Positions 1 to 10,226 of a DNA stretch of 64,000 nucleotides are shown in pieces. The number at the start of each line of letters is the position of its first letter. The first letter of the stretch is position 1. The position numbers and the translations under genes are program-made. The notes beneath the pieces were generated by a model that was not told where the DNA came from, did not search any database, and saw only the letters and a program-made list of their open reading frames with translations. The stretch lies in IMG/VR virus record IMGVR_UViG_3300042261_000762, positions 1-64,000 of that record, one strand, 5' to 3'. The stretch comes from a virus.

Positions 1-273
1 TGATTTTGTATGTTCTTTATAAAAATCTCTAAGTTCTTCCGAAGAGAAGATGACATGATCTGATACTTTTATAGATGATATGTCATCTTCTCTAGATGAT
101 ACTCTTTTCAATTTAGGTAAATCTATATCTCTAATCTCTTCGAGAAATACATCATTTGTAAATAATATATCAGCTCTACTTTTTACAAATTTACAATCAA
201 ATTGTCTAGCGTATTCTTTAAGTCTTTCAATTATATCATCTTGTGTTGTGGAAATATCTAATATTCTAATCAT
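1..273 (-). CDS. hypothetical protein, runs off the window start
   Basis: Open frame MIRILDISTTQDDIIERLKEYARQFDCKF... read by hand; co-oriented with the neighbouring minus-strand genes. Confidence 0.55.
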   Translation of the reverse strand, partial: MIRILDISTTQDDIIERLKEYARQFDCKFVKSRADILFTNDVFLEEIRDIDLPKLKRVSSREDDISSIKVSDHVIFSSEELRDFYKEHTKS

Positions 274-320
274 ATCCTTATTTGTTTTTCTAAATATAGA
301 AAAGAAAATGTAATAAGTTT

Positions 321-656
321 TTATATATTTTCATCTAGCATTCTGTCTATTAAACTTGTTCTTTTCCATCCAGTAAAGACATTTTCTGGTAGTTTCTTAT
401 CTTCAACATGATAACTTTTTGGTTTATTTTCGTAAATAGTTGAAGGACCATTTTCATTGTGTTTCATTCCATCTTTATAATAATCTATTTGTTCACCAGA
501 TACTTTAGAAACAACTTTTAGATATTGATAATCTGATGTGCATTTTATTATTTCATTTATCACATTTGTTTTAGGAACATAATTAAATAAATCATTTGCG
601 TCATATTCTAGAACATGATATTCTATACCAAAACAATTTTCTTTATATTGTTTCAT
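321..656 (-). CDS. hypothetical phage protein (HNENGP motif, C-terminal KRTSLIDRML tag)
   Basis: ORF track; part of a run of overlapping minus-strand ORFs. Confidence 0.75.
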   Translation of the reverse strand: MKQYKENCFGIEYHVLEYDANDLFNYVPKTNVINEIIKCTSDYQYLKVVSKVSGEQIDYYKDGMKHNENGPSTIYENKPKSYHVEDKKLPENVFTGWKRTSLIDRMLDENI

Positions 657-964
657 AACATTCTGTCTATTAATTTTATTCTAGTAATATTTTTAGTTTC
701 ACCTGGACTATAAAAATGATCCTCAAATTTTTCATGAGACACATTAAATCCACTCATTCCTTGATTTTTAGGAAAAAATATTCCTTTATATTGTTCATTA
801 GAATTTTTGAAGAATATGTAAATATACAAACTACCATTTAAGGAACTATCATAGTACTCCCCTTCTTCAAAGGAGTGGGAGTTTGAATATTTTTTACCTT
901 CCCATGTTTTTTTACATAATACTTTTTCTATCTTTTCCATATATAGTCCATTTAGCTTCTCCAA
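653..964 (-). CDS. hypothetical protein with C-terminal RIKLIDRML tag (true start probably the later MEKIEK)
   Basis: ORF track; paralogous tail FYSPGETKNITR vs FYTPEETKNIKR in the next ORF. Confidence 0.7.
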   Translation of the reverse strand: MEKLNGLYMEKIEKVLCKKTWEGKKYSNSHSFEEGEYYDSSLNGSLYIYIFFKNSNEQYKGIFFPKNQGMSGFNVSHEKFEDHFYSPGETKNITRIKLIDRML

Positions 965-1235
965 GCATTTTATTCATCAGTCTATTTCTTTTTATATTCT
1001 TAGTTTCTTCTGGAGTATAAAAATAATTATGAAAATCTTCTTCACCTATATAGAAATCTTTTCCTATTGTTAGAATTATAGGATTAACATATTTTAAGTC
1101 CAAACTAGCCAATATATTAGATAAGTCAGATACATAAGATATTTTATATTCTTTCCATTTTTGAAATCTATGTCTTTTCCTATTAATTCTTCTATCTAAT
1201 TTCTTTTTACAAATTATTATATCACCTACTTCCAT
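912..1235 (-). CDS. hypothetical protein with KRNRLMNKML tag
   Basis: ORF track; similar to the adjacent ORF. Confidence 0.7.
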   Translation of the reverse strand: MEVGDIIICKKKLDRRINRKRHRFQKWKEYKISYVSDLSNILASLDLKYVNPIILTIGKDFYIGEEDFHNYFYTPEETKNIKRNRLMNKMLGEAKWTIYGKDRKSIM

Positions 1236-1683
1236 TTAACATTTTCTCCGCTGTTTCATCTAAAATTTTATCAACCAATGATGTTCTTTTATAATTTTTC
1301 CATTCATCCAATGTTAGTGTTACTTCCATATTAGTAAAATCCCACCTCTTTATATTCACTATCTCATCTTTATAATCGTGATTCTCTTCTGATAAGGGTT
1401 TTTCATTTCTTATTTCTAGAAATACTCTTAAATATGGATCTTTCTGTTTAACCGGTAGAGCTGTTATTGGAGAGAAAACACCATAATTTACATTATATCC
1501 ACCAATAATACTAAAATAAACATTCTCATTCTCCGTGAGAATATTTCTTTTTGTTAAATTTTCATTCACATTCTTAACATCATCTGAGCTTATTTTCTTT
1601 ATACATCCTATTATATCATTTATATTCACTACATCATCTATAGATTCGAATATTCTCCACCATTTTTCTTCTTTTACTTCCAT
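1222..1683 (-). CDS. hypothetical protein with KRTSLVDKIL tag
   Basis: ORF track; TATATA promoter-like element just upstream. Confidence 0.7.
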   Translation of the reverse strand: MEVKEEKWWRIFESIDDVVNINDIIGCIKKISSDDVKNVNENLTKRNILTENENVYFSIIGGYNVNYGVFSPITALPVKQKDPYLRVFLEIRNEKPLSEENHDYKDEIVNIKRWDFTNMEVTLTLDEWKNYKRTSLVDKILDETAEKMLNGSR

Positions 1684-1731
1684 AACATTCTTTTTATTCG
1701 TATATATAAAATGTTAAAAATGTCATTTTTA

Positions 1732-1996
1732 TCAAAAAAATTTAGTTATTGAATTATTTTCTTTTAACATTTGATCTATCCATGTAGTTCTCATGAAGTT
1801 TTTTCTTTCGCCTTCTTCAAGTCTTTGACCGAACTGGAAATAATCTTCTTCATAATGATCTTCAAATTCTCTAATTATAGCTGGGCCAAAGTCATTGTGT
1901 GCTTCACCGTATCTAAAATAATATGCTCAAGTATGGTTGACCATTTGAATTTAAAATATTTGTCAACGTCATAGCTAATTCTAACCTATTGTTCAT
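1732..1996 (-). pseudogene. frameshifted small protein of the HNxxGPA family
   Basis: MNNRLELAMTLTNILNSNGQPYL continues after a frame change near 1927 as AYYFRYGEAHNDFGPAIIREFEDHYEEDYFQFGQRLEEGERKNFMRTTWIDQML, carrying the same motifs as its neighbours. Confidence 0.5.
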
Positions 1997-2648
1997 TATA
2001 CCAAATAACTTCTTTTCTGTTATGTTTCTGTCCCTTCAAATCTACAAGTGGATCAAATGGCAACCAAGTGGATCCTTCGTTCTCACATACAATAGTTTGA
2101 CCATTTCTTTCTTTACACCACTTACCAAGAAATTCATAATCTATTTTATTGTTAACGTAATATTTTCCACCATTACCGGAATAAGGAGGATCTATAAACC
2201 AAGTTGCTTTTATATTGGGACAATTTTCATAACTTTCGTTTTTAATTTCCCAATGTCTAATTTTGTATAAATCTGATGCTAATAATTTCCTATGTTCTTC
2301 ATCCCAATCACAAAAATTTCCAGGCGATTTCTTAGGAACAGAAGATCCTGGATTTAAGTATAATCCTATGGTCCATTTTTCTGAATCACTTAAATTATTG
2401 AATTCATCATTATTAAGGCATTGTCCTTTTTTAAGAATTGGTAGAGATAAAATATCTTTTTCGGAAGCTTCTTGGAGATATTTCCAAACAGAGTATATTT
2501 TATTGTTGATTTCGTATAGAATTACTTTTTTTTCAAAATATTCCATAGCGTAAGCGGCTGAACCAGCAAATGGTTCTATTATTGTATCGTGTTTTGGCGA
2601 CGGGTAATATTTAACTATTCTTTTCTTTCTTCCATAGTAATAAAACAT
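1986..2648 (-). CDS. DNA adenine methyltransferase (Dam/D12-like)
   Basis: Motif I IEPFAGS and catalytic DPPY. Confidence 0.85.
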   Translation of the reverse strand: MFYYYGRKKRIVKYYPSPKHDTIIEPFAGSAAYAMEYFEKKVILYEINNKIYSVWKYLQEASEKDILSLPILKKGQCLNNDEFNNLSDSEKWTIGLYLNPGSSVPKKSPGNFCDWDEEHRKLLASDLYKIRHWEIKNESYENCPNIKATWFIDPPYSGNGGKYYVNNKIDYEFLGKWCKERNGQTIVCENEGSTWLPFDPLVDLKGQKHNRKEVIWYNEQ

Positions 2649-2734
2649 AATTTGACTTTTATTTTTATATATGGAGTTTTTACTTTTTAGTTTTTGAAAT
2701 TAATATATAAGAAAAAGTAAAATCTGCCCCAAAT

Positions 2735-3511
2735 ATGGATGACTTAACAAAAGAAATTGCGAAATGGCTTATCCAAAGCTATCCTCTTCTACTTACTATC
2801 GTTGGATTTGTAATTATCTTTCTTTATATAATAAAAGAAGTGAAAATAATATTTTTCATGAAAGGAACTGAAGATGAAACTTTTGGTAAGAAAATATTAA
2901 AATTTCTAATGTTCTGGAGAAATTGGAAAAAAGGAAACACTACAGAACCAAAGAATGTTCATTACACAGACGAAGAAAGAGAAAGAGTCGTGAATAAACT
3001 TTTGATTCATAATTTGTTTATAGCAATAAATAATATGAAAACACAAATTCCATCTATGGAATTCGGTTATCAACGTAAAAGTGAAGTTTTAAGAAGTATA
3101 ATAAAAACTTACATAGAAACAATAGAAAAGTATGCTAATCACGTATTAAAAAGTAATAAATTAGACGAATTAACTACTAATCAACTGAACGAGTTGTTGA
3201 TTGGTGAAATAGATAGAGCTCACTACGAGATTTATAGTAAAATGAAAACAAATCTTGGTGATGCTTTATATCAAAAGATAATAGAGGATCCAGTAAAAGG
3301 ATTTAAGGTTAGAAATAATATATTTAGAGAAGTTTTCGTTAATGGAATACTTTTAATATCTTCACAGGCTATGTCAGTTTATAATTATGATAATTATGAA
3401 AGAGCATCTGAGATATTAACATCTATGTATATTTCTTTACAAGTAATAGTAAGAAATTTCGAAAAAGTGTTTAAGGATTATAACGGTGAATTAGATAAAT
3501 ATTTATTATAA
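2735..3511 (+). CDS. hypothetical protein with N-terminal transmembrane helix
   Basis: Hydrophobic LLLTIVGFVIIFLYII segment. Confidence 0.75.
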   Translation: MDDLTKEIAKWLIQSYPLLLTIVGFVIIFLYIIKEVKIIFFMKGTEDETFGKKILKFLMFWRNWKKGNTTEPKNVHYTDEERERVVNKLLIHNLFIAINNMKTQIPSMEFGYQRKSEVLRSIIKTYIETIEKYANHVLKSNKLDELTTNQLNELLIGEIDRAHYEIYSKMKTNLGDALYQKIIEDPVKGFKVRNNIFREVFVNGILLISSQAMSVYNYDNYERASEILTSMYISLQVIVRNFEKVFKDYNGELDKYLL

Positions 3512-3563
3512 TAAATTTAAACTTTAAAAAAAACAATTCAAAATTATAAGTATAAATCAAATT

Positions 3564-3734
3564 ATGAAATTATACGATAAACTAAAAGAATGTGACGCGG
3601 TAGAAGATTACAAAGACTACGCCGAATTAATATGGATGAAAGCCATAAAAATTAATGGTGTACATGTTGATAATCCAAATCACGAAATCACAGAAAATGA
3701 TAAAGACATTACAGTAGGTATATTAAGCCTTTAA
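3564..3734 (+). CDS. small S4-like RNA-binding protein (56 aa, absent from ORF track)
   Basis: MKLYDKLKECDAVEDYKDYAELIWMKAIKINGVHVDNPNHEITENDKDITVGILSL; IKING..V..P fits the S4 fold pattern. Confidence 0.5.
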   Translation: MKLYDKLKECDAVEDYKDYAELIWMKAIKINGVHVDNPNHEITENDKDITVGILSL

Positions 3735-3781
3735 ACGTAATGTCTTTATTATTGAACCTTACTTATATAAGTAGCGGTATA

Positions 3782-4093
3782 TTATCCTATTTCATCAGCT
3801 GGTTTTTGAACACCAGCATTTTTTTTGACCTCTGCCACAGCTCCCTCACCATTAGAATTACCATTATTAACAGTTCCATTAGTAGTTGTAGTTGGAAATT
3901 CTAATTTCTTCTTTTCTAAAGCAGCGGATTGCCATGTTTTTAATCCCAATAGACCGGCAGCAATAGAACTAGAAAATATAAATATATTTGGGTCATTGTT
4001 TAGAAAAGCAAAAAGAGCACCTGTCATAAATATAATATAACCTAATAATTTTGAAGCTGTAAAATACAAAGCGAATGATATATATGATTTCAT
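3782..4093 (-). CDS. small membrane protein (two TM segments)
   Basis: Two hydrophobic stretches followed by a low-complexity tail. Confidence 0.65.
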   Translation of the reverse strand: MKSYISFALYFTASKLLGYIIFMTGALFAFLNNDPNIFIFSSSIAAGLLGLKTWQSAALEKKKLEFPTTTTNGTVNNGNSNGEGAVAEVKKNAGVQKPADEIG

Positions 4094-4110
4094 AGTTGTG
4101 TTATTATTTT

Positions 4111-4980
4111 TTAGATTTTATCATAATTCGGATTGTCCGACTTGAAATCTCTTCCACTGGTGGAAAAGTCTTCAATTTCTTTCGTTGTTCTTGGATCTGA
4201 TTGTTGATATAACGGATCATTTATATTTTCTGTTTGGACTCTATCTCTCAACTTTTGCATATCGTGAATATAAGATTGCCAATAAACACGTTTAATATTT
4301 TCAAACTCTTCATTATAACATTCCACATTATCTGTATCTACAGTCCAAACCGGGAGATATCCTCTAACAGTTAAAGCAAATTTTATGAATTTATTTTTAT
4401 CACTTTGAAAATCTCCTTCTGTTGGAATTTCAATATTTTTATCATCTGGTAAAAGTAAAATTAAATCTATTTTTATACCAAAATAATCCATATTGAAGAA
4501 ATAATAATTAAAGAATAAATACATTATTTTTTCAGAACATAACCACACATCTCTTACATTATCTAAAAATATTTCAATATCAAAATTCATTTGCATAGGA
4601 ATAGCTTTAACTTTAGTTATAACTCTTTTCCATTCCTCTTTTATTCTACAATCTTTTGGTATATAAATATTAGGATTTGCAAATTCATCGCTCACAGAAT
4701 TAAAAGAAGTTAGTGTAATTATTCCTCTTGGTCTTATATCAGTATTTAGCTCTACTCTATTATCAACTATATCATCAAGATAAGAATCAAGTAAAAAACG
4801 TTCTTGTCCAAACATCCTATAAGAAAATGGAACAGTAATACATCTTTTCTCATCTTTGAAATAATTTATCCATCTAATTGATTTATTCAGTGTTCTACCT
4901 AAGGCTACTGTAACCATTCTAAAATAGACATTATCGTAGTTGAATTGTTCACCGATATTTCTAATTGTTTCACCAGGCAT
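4111..4980 (-). CDS. T4 gp15-like tail completion/sheath stabiliser protein
   Basis: ITVPFSY and IPMQMNFDIEIF...CSEKIM..F resemble the gp15 VPY.L.FEL.I...QI.EQILP.F pattern. Confidence 0.55.
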   Translation of the reverse strand: MPGETIRNIGEQFNYDNVYFRMVTVALGRTLNKSIRWINYFKDEKRCITVPFSYRMFGQERFLLDSYLDDIVDNRVELNTDIRPRGIITLTSFNSVSDEFANPNIYIPKDCRIKEEWKRVITKVKAIPMQMNFDIEIFLDNVRDVWLCSEKIMYLFFNYYFFNMDYFGIKIDLILLLPDDKNIEIPTEGDFQSDKNKFIKFALTVRGYLPVWTVDTDNVECYNEEFENIKRVYWQSYIHDMQKLRDRVQTENINDPLYQQSDPRTTKEIEDFSTSGRDFKSDNPNYDKI

Positions 4981-5077
4981 GTGTTGTCTTTTTTATTTAT
5001 ATATTAATTTTGCTTTCATCAAAAAATAGCGTAATTTTGTATTTTAAACTTATAAGGTTAAATAAGATATATAAAAT

Positions 5078-5953
5078 ATGATGCGAAATTCAAGAATTTT
5101 ACATTATCTATTGAAAGATAAGAAAAACTACCATAGAGACAAAGAATTATCCCAACAGTGGGATGTGTATCTTTATCTATTACATCAAGTAAGACAGTTA
5201 AGTTGGCAACTCATTAGAAAAAAATTTATATACTTTATAAAATATAAAAAACTTTATCTAACAAGAGTTCTTTTGATTCTATCAATATTTTTTGGAAGTG
5301 CATATTTTTCAATAAAATGGTTAGTAGATCACAATCCATTTTTCGAAGTAAAAAGAATAGCGAAAATAGCAACAGTAGATACGCTATATTGTCCAGATAC
5401 AATTCCATTAAACACCTACATAATTAGAACCGCACATATTGCGGAAACAACTCCTGAAAAAATACAGAAGAAAGTATCCTTTATAGTGTTTTATACAGAA
5501 GATAGTACCAAAACAGTAAAGAAATTTCTTGAAAGATTAGGAGAAATAGAATCAAGAAATGATTATAAATCCAGAAGAGTTGGATCTCAATATCTTGGAA
5601 GATGGCAAATGGGAGATGCTGCGAGAAAAGTTGTGGGTTTTGGTAATATAAGTTACGATAAATTTTTAAATACACCCGAATTACAAGATGCTGCTGTTAT
5701 TCTTTTATTAAAGTATAACTATGCTTATATGAAACCATATTTGAATAGATATAATAATAGAATAATAAGAGGGTATCACTTAACTACAAGCGGTATGTTA
5801 GCGATGGCACATAATGTTGGTGCTGATGAAGTTATCAAATTTTTGAATAGTAATTGTTCTTATGTCCCAAGAGATGGAAATGGTCCAGCAGATAGGTTTT
5901 TAATTTTGGGTAATTATAATATGAAAAGTATAACAAATGAAGAAGAGAAATGA
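5078..5953 (+). CDS. membrane-anchored lysozyme-like/lytic transglycosylase
   Basis: TM helix, then catalytic-type IES..DY and YLGRWQMG, AHNVG motifs. Confidence 0.65.
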   Translation: MMRNSRILHYLLKDKKNYHRDKELSQQWDVYLYLLHQVRQLSWQLIRKKFIYFIKYKKLYLTRVLLILSIFFGSAYFSIKWLVDHNPFFEVKRIAKIATVDTLYCPDTIPLNTYIIRTAHIAETTPEKIQKKVSFIVFYTEDSTKTVKKFLERLGEIESRNDYKSRRVGSQYLGRWQMGDAARKVVGFGNISYDKFLNTPELQDAAVILLLKYNYAYMKPYLNRYNNRIIRGYHLTTSGMLAMAHNVGADEVIKFLNSNCSYVPRDGNGPADRFLILGNYNMKSITNEEEK

Positions 5954-6399
5954 AACTAGATAAATGGCACGTTAATGAAAGTAATTTTACACATGATTCT
6001 ATAATGGATAGATTCTATTTTCTTGATAATAGTATTCAAAAATATTTTGAAGATAATTCTGTGGAAAATTTACATAAAGTCAGAATATACCTTAGAAGAT
6101 TAAGATTTACTATGGAAGTTTTTAGTGTTTATTTTAAGGAAAACGAAAATTATAAAAACTTTTATAAAAAGGTCAGTAAACTGCAAGATACGACAGGAAA
6201 AGCAAGAGATTTAGATGTTATTCAAGAATATGCAGTACAAAAAGGAATTGATGATTCTATAGTTAAAGAAGATAAAGAAGTATTATACTCTGAAGTTAGG
6301 GGGAAAATTGAAAAGTTCTTTAATTCAAAATCTTACGAAAAATTTAAAAAGATTACTGATTATAAAGAATTTCAAATAGAAAAATTCTTAAATTACTAA
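5950..6399 (+). CDS. CHAD domain (polyphosphate-binding) protein
   Basis: LHKVRIYLRRLRF and LQDTTGKARDLDV signature. Confidence 0.8.
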   Translation: MKLDKWHVNESNFTHDSIMDRFYFLDNSIQKYFEDNSVENLHKVRIYLRRLRFTMEVFSVYFKENENYKNFYKKVSKLQDTTGKARDLDVIQEYAVQKGIDDSIVKEDKEVLYSEVRGKIEKFFNSKSYEKFKKITDYKEFQIEKFLNY

Positions 6400-6449
6400 A
6401 AAAAAAAGAGAACTGAAAAGTCCTCTTTTTTTTTGACCACTCATGCAAT

Positions 6450-6536
6450 TGGTAGCGTGTATTGGATTCGAACCAATGTCCCTAACGGTTATTAGTGTCC
6501 TTACCCATTGCTGGATGTCCCCTAGACGAACACGCC
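6450..6536 (-). ncRNA. tRNA-like RNA without a normal anticodon loop; encoded CCA
   Basis: Acceptor GGCGTGT/ACACGCT-ACCA, T arm GGTTCGAATCC, enlarged D loop, anticodon arm CTAAT-aacc-GTTAG with a 4-nt loop. Confidence 0.65.
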
Positions 6537-6660
6537 GGCGAAGTTTCCCAAAGTTTTGGCTATCTATATCGCCACGTTTGGTATCCTTCGGATTCAATGA
6601 ATTTGATATTATATTTCTTCTAAATTTATATAACTATTTCTAAATAATTCATCAAATCAG

Positions 6661-6732
6661 TAGCCCAAAAAGGATTCGAACCTCTGTTACCGGAGAACCT
6701 CCAGTGTCCTTGTTCCGCTAGACGATTGGGCC
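6661..6732 (-). ncRNA. tRNA-like RNA with a collapsed anticodon loop
   Basis: Acceptor GGCCCAA/TTGGGCT, Glu-type D arm, T arm GGTTCGAATCC, anticodon arm CTGGAG-gtt-CTCCGG. Confidence 0.65.
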
Positions 6733-6864
6733 TTGTGTAATCTTTAATTCAATATATAAAAGAACTTTTCTTTATCGATTTTTGTGATACAAAGATACGT
6801 CCTTTCGTCGAAAGAAAAAAATTTCGACAAAATTTTTAATTCCTAATTAGTAAGGGAATTGAAA

Positions 6865-7200
6865 TTATTTTTCAACTATCCCGCCAAGGTATAAGTCGAA
6901 AGTGTTATCTGTGTAATAATTGAGTTCAAATTCACCATCATATAACTTGTTTATATTATATGATTCTATGTCTAACCCAGATACATCATTTATGAGAAGA
7001 GGAAATTTCTCATCTATTAAATTTTCTAATAATTCTAAATTCTTTTTAGATAAACTTCTTTTGTAGATTTTATGAATCTGCAATCTATAACCACTATTAT
7101 CAACGACTTTAAATTTACAAGAAAAATTGAATGTTATATCTACATCTAACTCTTTAGGTTCAAATTCAAAATCAAATTCATCTTCTATAAACCTTGTCAT
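6865..7200 (-). CDS. hypothetical protein
   Basis: ORF track. Confidence 0.6.
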   Translation of the reverse strand: MTRFIEDEFDFEFEPKELDVDITFNFSCKFKVVDNSGYRLQIHKIYKRSLSKKNLELLENLIDEKFPLLINDVSGLDIESYNINKLYDGEFELNYYTDNTFDLYLGGIVEK

Positions 7201-7259
7201 AACTATCTACAATCTTTAATTTTATTATTATATAATAAAAAAAGAAAGTTGTTTTAAAA

Positions 7260-7493
7260 TTATGACAATAACAAACCTGGGGATTGCCAACGTTTATCAG
7301 AAAAAATCTCCTTTAACTGTTCTTCAGATAAATTATTCGGATCCCAACCTTTAGATCTAGCATATTGAATCTTGAATTTTTCTCTCAAATCACTCATCTC
7401 ACTTTCACTAAGTGCTGAATCTTTTAACATTGGAGTACCAGGTGCTACAATTCTACCCATACCATTTTGATTTTGTGTTACAAAAGCTGTCAT
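7260..7493 (-). CDS. hypothetical protein
   Basis: ORF track; TATATA element upstream. Confidence 0.65.
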   Translation of the reverse strand: MTAFVTQNQNGMGRIVAPGTPMLKDSALSESEMSDLREKFKIQYARSKGWDPNNLSEEQLKEIFSDKRWQSPGLLLS

Positions 7494-7543
7494 AATAATT
7501 TTTTTCTTTTTGTTTATATATTAATATAAAAATGTCATTTTTG

Positions 7544-8527
7544 TCAATTTTTAATTTCTTTTAATAATTTATCTTTATTTATAGGAACAACACCTACTTC
7601 CTCACAAACCATTCCCCCTGCCATATTAGATATTGTTGCTGTAGTGATTTTATCTACACCATTTATAGTTAATAATGTAGCTACTGATATAACAGTATCT
7701 CCTGCTCCTGACACGTCTGCTATATTTCTTTTATGCCCATGTATATGTTTATGAACGAAATAATCTTTTTCTCTATACGATAATAGAATTCCTCTATCTC
7801 CTAGTGTTGTATAGAAGGTATCTACATTTTGTTTTTTCATAAATTTATCTATGTGTGTTCTAACATCATAAAAATTATCTATTGGAATATCAATATTTAT
7901 GCCTTTCTTAAGTTCATTGAAATTTGGCTTAAATATTGATATGTTATTGTATGAGAAGAAGTTTTTTGTTTTTGGATCAACGAATATAGGGATATTTTTA
8001 CTTTTATTGAATTTATTAATATAATCAAGAATTTCTGGAGTTATAATTCCTTTATTATAATCTTGTATTATTATTCCATCTATATCAATTTCTTTTAAGG
8101 ATTTTGATATTAGATTTTTAAGACATTCTATTTCTTTGTCATTTGAATCTTCTTTGGTCTCTTTATCTATTCTAATGAGCTGAACATTGTTTCCAATGAC
8201 TCTTGTCTTATTAGTAGTTTTTCTAAATTCGGAAGGTGAAATATATTTAGTAGATATATTTTGATTTTCCATTAAATTATACAATATCATACCATCATCG
8301 TCTGAACCAATTAATGAGCAAATAATAGGTTCAGCTCCTAATTCTTTTATATTTAAGGCTACGTTAGTAGCGCCGCCTAATTTATTTATCTTTTCTTTTA
8401 TATCAACAACTGGAACTGGAGCCTCTGGCGATATACGATCAACGTTGCCAATTAGATAAGTGTCTAACATTATATCTCCTATTATTAATATCTTATTATT
8501 CTTGAAATTATCAAATATTTCTTTCAT
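7544..8527 (-). CDS. rfaE: D-glycero-D-manno-heptose-7-phosphate kinase (HldE/RfaE domain I, PfkB family)
   Basis: IGDIMLD..RISPEAPVPV, DYNKG, VDPK, DVSGAGDTV. Confidence 0.9.
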   Translation of the reverse strand: MKEIFDNFKNNKILIIGDIMLDTYLIGNVDRISPEAPVPVVDIKEKINKLGGATNVALNIKELGAEPIICSLIGSDDDGMILYNLMENQNISTKYISPSEFRKTTNKTRVIGNNVQLIRIDKETKEDSNDKEIECLKNLISKSLKEIDIDGIIIQDYNKGIITPEILDYINKFNKSKNIPIFVDPKTKNFFSYNNISIFKPNFNELKKGINIDIPIDNFYDVRTHIDKFMKKQNVDTFYTTLGDRGILLSYREKDYFVHKHIHGHKRNIADVSGAGDTVISVATLLTINGVDKITTATISNMAGGMVCEEVGVVPINKDKLLKEIKN

Positions 8528-8621
8528 ATTTTTTTAGAATATTTTTTCTTGTTATATTTGCAGATTGAATATTAGTTTTTGAATTTTAGATTTTAATATA
8601 TAATCTAAAAAATTATAATTC

Positions 8622-9620
8622 TTGAAAACTAGATCTGACATTGATCCTTATAACGAAGAAAAATGGGACGATAAAACTTTAGATGAAATACCATTATATC
8701 TTTCAGAGGATCAACCGAAAGTTTATGCTAATGGTTCTCCATTACAAAGACCTTGGACTGGAAAAAATCTAGTATTATTTAATAATAAAGATAAATATTA
8801 TGTTTTAGGAGAGATAAGATATACTCCTAGAGATTTTTTTATGTTTTATACTCATAGTGATAGTATAGAAAGAAAAAGACTTAATGAGTTTAGAGGCGAA
8901 ATTTTAAGAGAACTGAATAACAGAGAAAAAATACACGTTTTAGATATTTTATCAAAAGAAAGATTGTTTACTAGAAATCTTTTTGATAACGAAAATGGAA
9001 GAACTTACATTGATATAATAAATAATTTAATAAATGAAGACTTTCTAGTTAATATAGATGGAGCAAAACCAGTTCATAAAATCGCAAGATTTTCAGAATA
9101 TAGAAAAGGTTCATCTGAATACGGTCAACTTTTCCAGGATCTTATGATGATACTGAGAGCCAAGAAAGAAGAAGATAAAGGAAATGATGAAATAATTTTA
9201 AATAGGGAAGAATTCAAAGATTTCGATAAACTATTAAATTTAACTAATGACATCAAGAAAATGAGAAAATTAGGAATGACTTTCGACGTTGAAATACTGG
9301 ATAATGATAATATTAGATTCTCTAATTTAGGGAATAAACAATCCAGACCTTGGGAAAATTTAGATTCAGATCCATATGGAGAAGAAATATGGAACGAATT
9401 TGCTAATAAAAATGTTATTTATACTGGCAATAGATTCCCAGATAGACATAATCAACCTGTAGATGTAATAGAAGTAATTGAAGGAGAATATCCACAATTA
9501 TTCAATCATGTTAGAAATGAGTTAGTTACTGTAGGTCCAAAAGGGGAAGATATATATAGTATAAGATTCAAAGATGGCAAAGATCATAAATGCTTGAAGA
9601 AATTTCTAAAAATAATATAA
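8622..9620 (+). CDS. hypothetical protein with two DPY(G/N)EExW motifs
   Basis: ORF track; TTG start after a TATATA element. Confidence 0.75.
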   Translation: MKTRSDIDPYNEEKWDDKTLDEIPLYLSEDQPKVYANGSPLQRPWTGKNLVLFNNKDKYYVLGEIRYTPRDFFMFYTHSDSIERKRLNEFRGEILRELNNREKIHVLDILSKERLFTRNLFDNENGRTYIDIINNLINEDFLVNIDGAKPVHKIARFSEYRKGSSEYGQLFQDLMMILRAKKEEDKGNDEIILNREEFKDFDKLLNLTNDIKKMRKLGMTFDVEILDNDNIRFSNLGNKQSRPWENLDSDPYGEEIWNEFANKNVIYTGNRFPDRHNQPVDVIEVIEGEYPQLFNHVRNELVTVGPKGEDIYSIRFKDGKDHKCLKKFLKII

Positions 9621-9624
9621 AATA

Positions 9625-10035
9625 GTGAAAGACAATAATAACGTCATATTATTAAAGAAATTGATCAGTGATACTCAAAATAATACTATAGTTTGGGTAA
9701 AAGCTAATAAACCTGAAATTGGTTGGTATAGTTATCACGAAACATGGAAAGGGGATAAGAAAATAACTGATGATAAGAAACTATCATTTGTTTTGAATTT
9801 TTGTGTAAATGATTTAGCTTATGCTGAAGTTAGAGTATTTTTCATAAACGACCTAATAGAAACAAGAGAAAAAATAGCAGATGTAGAACCAAAGTTCTTT
9901 AGTTGGAAAACACAAAAATTTATAAAGATATTAATAGACGCTGTTAGACACCAAAAAGAATCAAGTGACGCTAATAGATTAAGACAAATAGTTGGTCCAA
10001 TGCCAAATAAAAATTTTGACGAAGTTGTTTACTAA
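9625..10035 (+). CDS. hypothetical protein (similar N-terminus to 16536..16937)
   Basis: LISDTQNNTIVW vs LIEDTFNNKVEW. Confidence 0.7.
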   Translation: MKDNNNVILLKKLISDTQNNTIVWVKANKPEIGWYSYHETWKGDKKITDDKKLSFVLNFCVNDLAYAEVRVFFINDLIETREKIADVEPKFFSWKTQKFIKILIDAVRHQKESSDANRLRQIVGPMPNKNFDEVVY

Positions 10036-10141
10036 AATTTTTTTATTCCAAAATAACATCGTATCTTTGTATCATAAATCAGGAAATGATAAAAATATTA
10101 ATAATAGGATTTATAATTTATTTCTTATTCTTTAGAAATAA

Positions 10142-10178
10142 AAATGGAAAAAATTGACTTTTTTTATAAAATATATAA
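10142..10178 (+). promoter_or_regulatory. conserved promoter block of tRNA array 1
   Basis: AAATGGAAAAAATTGAC-T-run-AATATATAA, repeated before all four leaders. Confidence 0.7.
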
Positions 10179-10226
10179 ACAAGTAACAAAAATTAGAGTA
10201 TAAACAATTACAAAAAAATAGAAATC

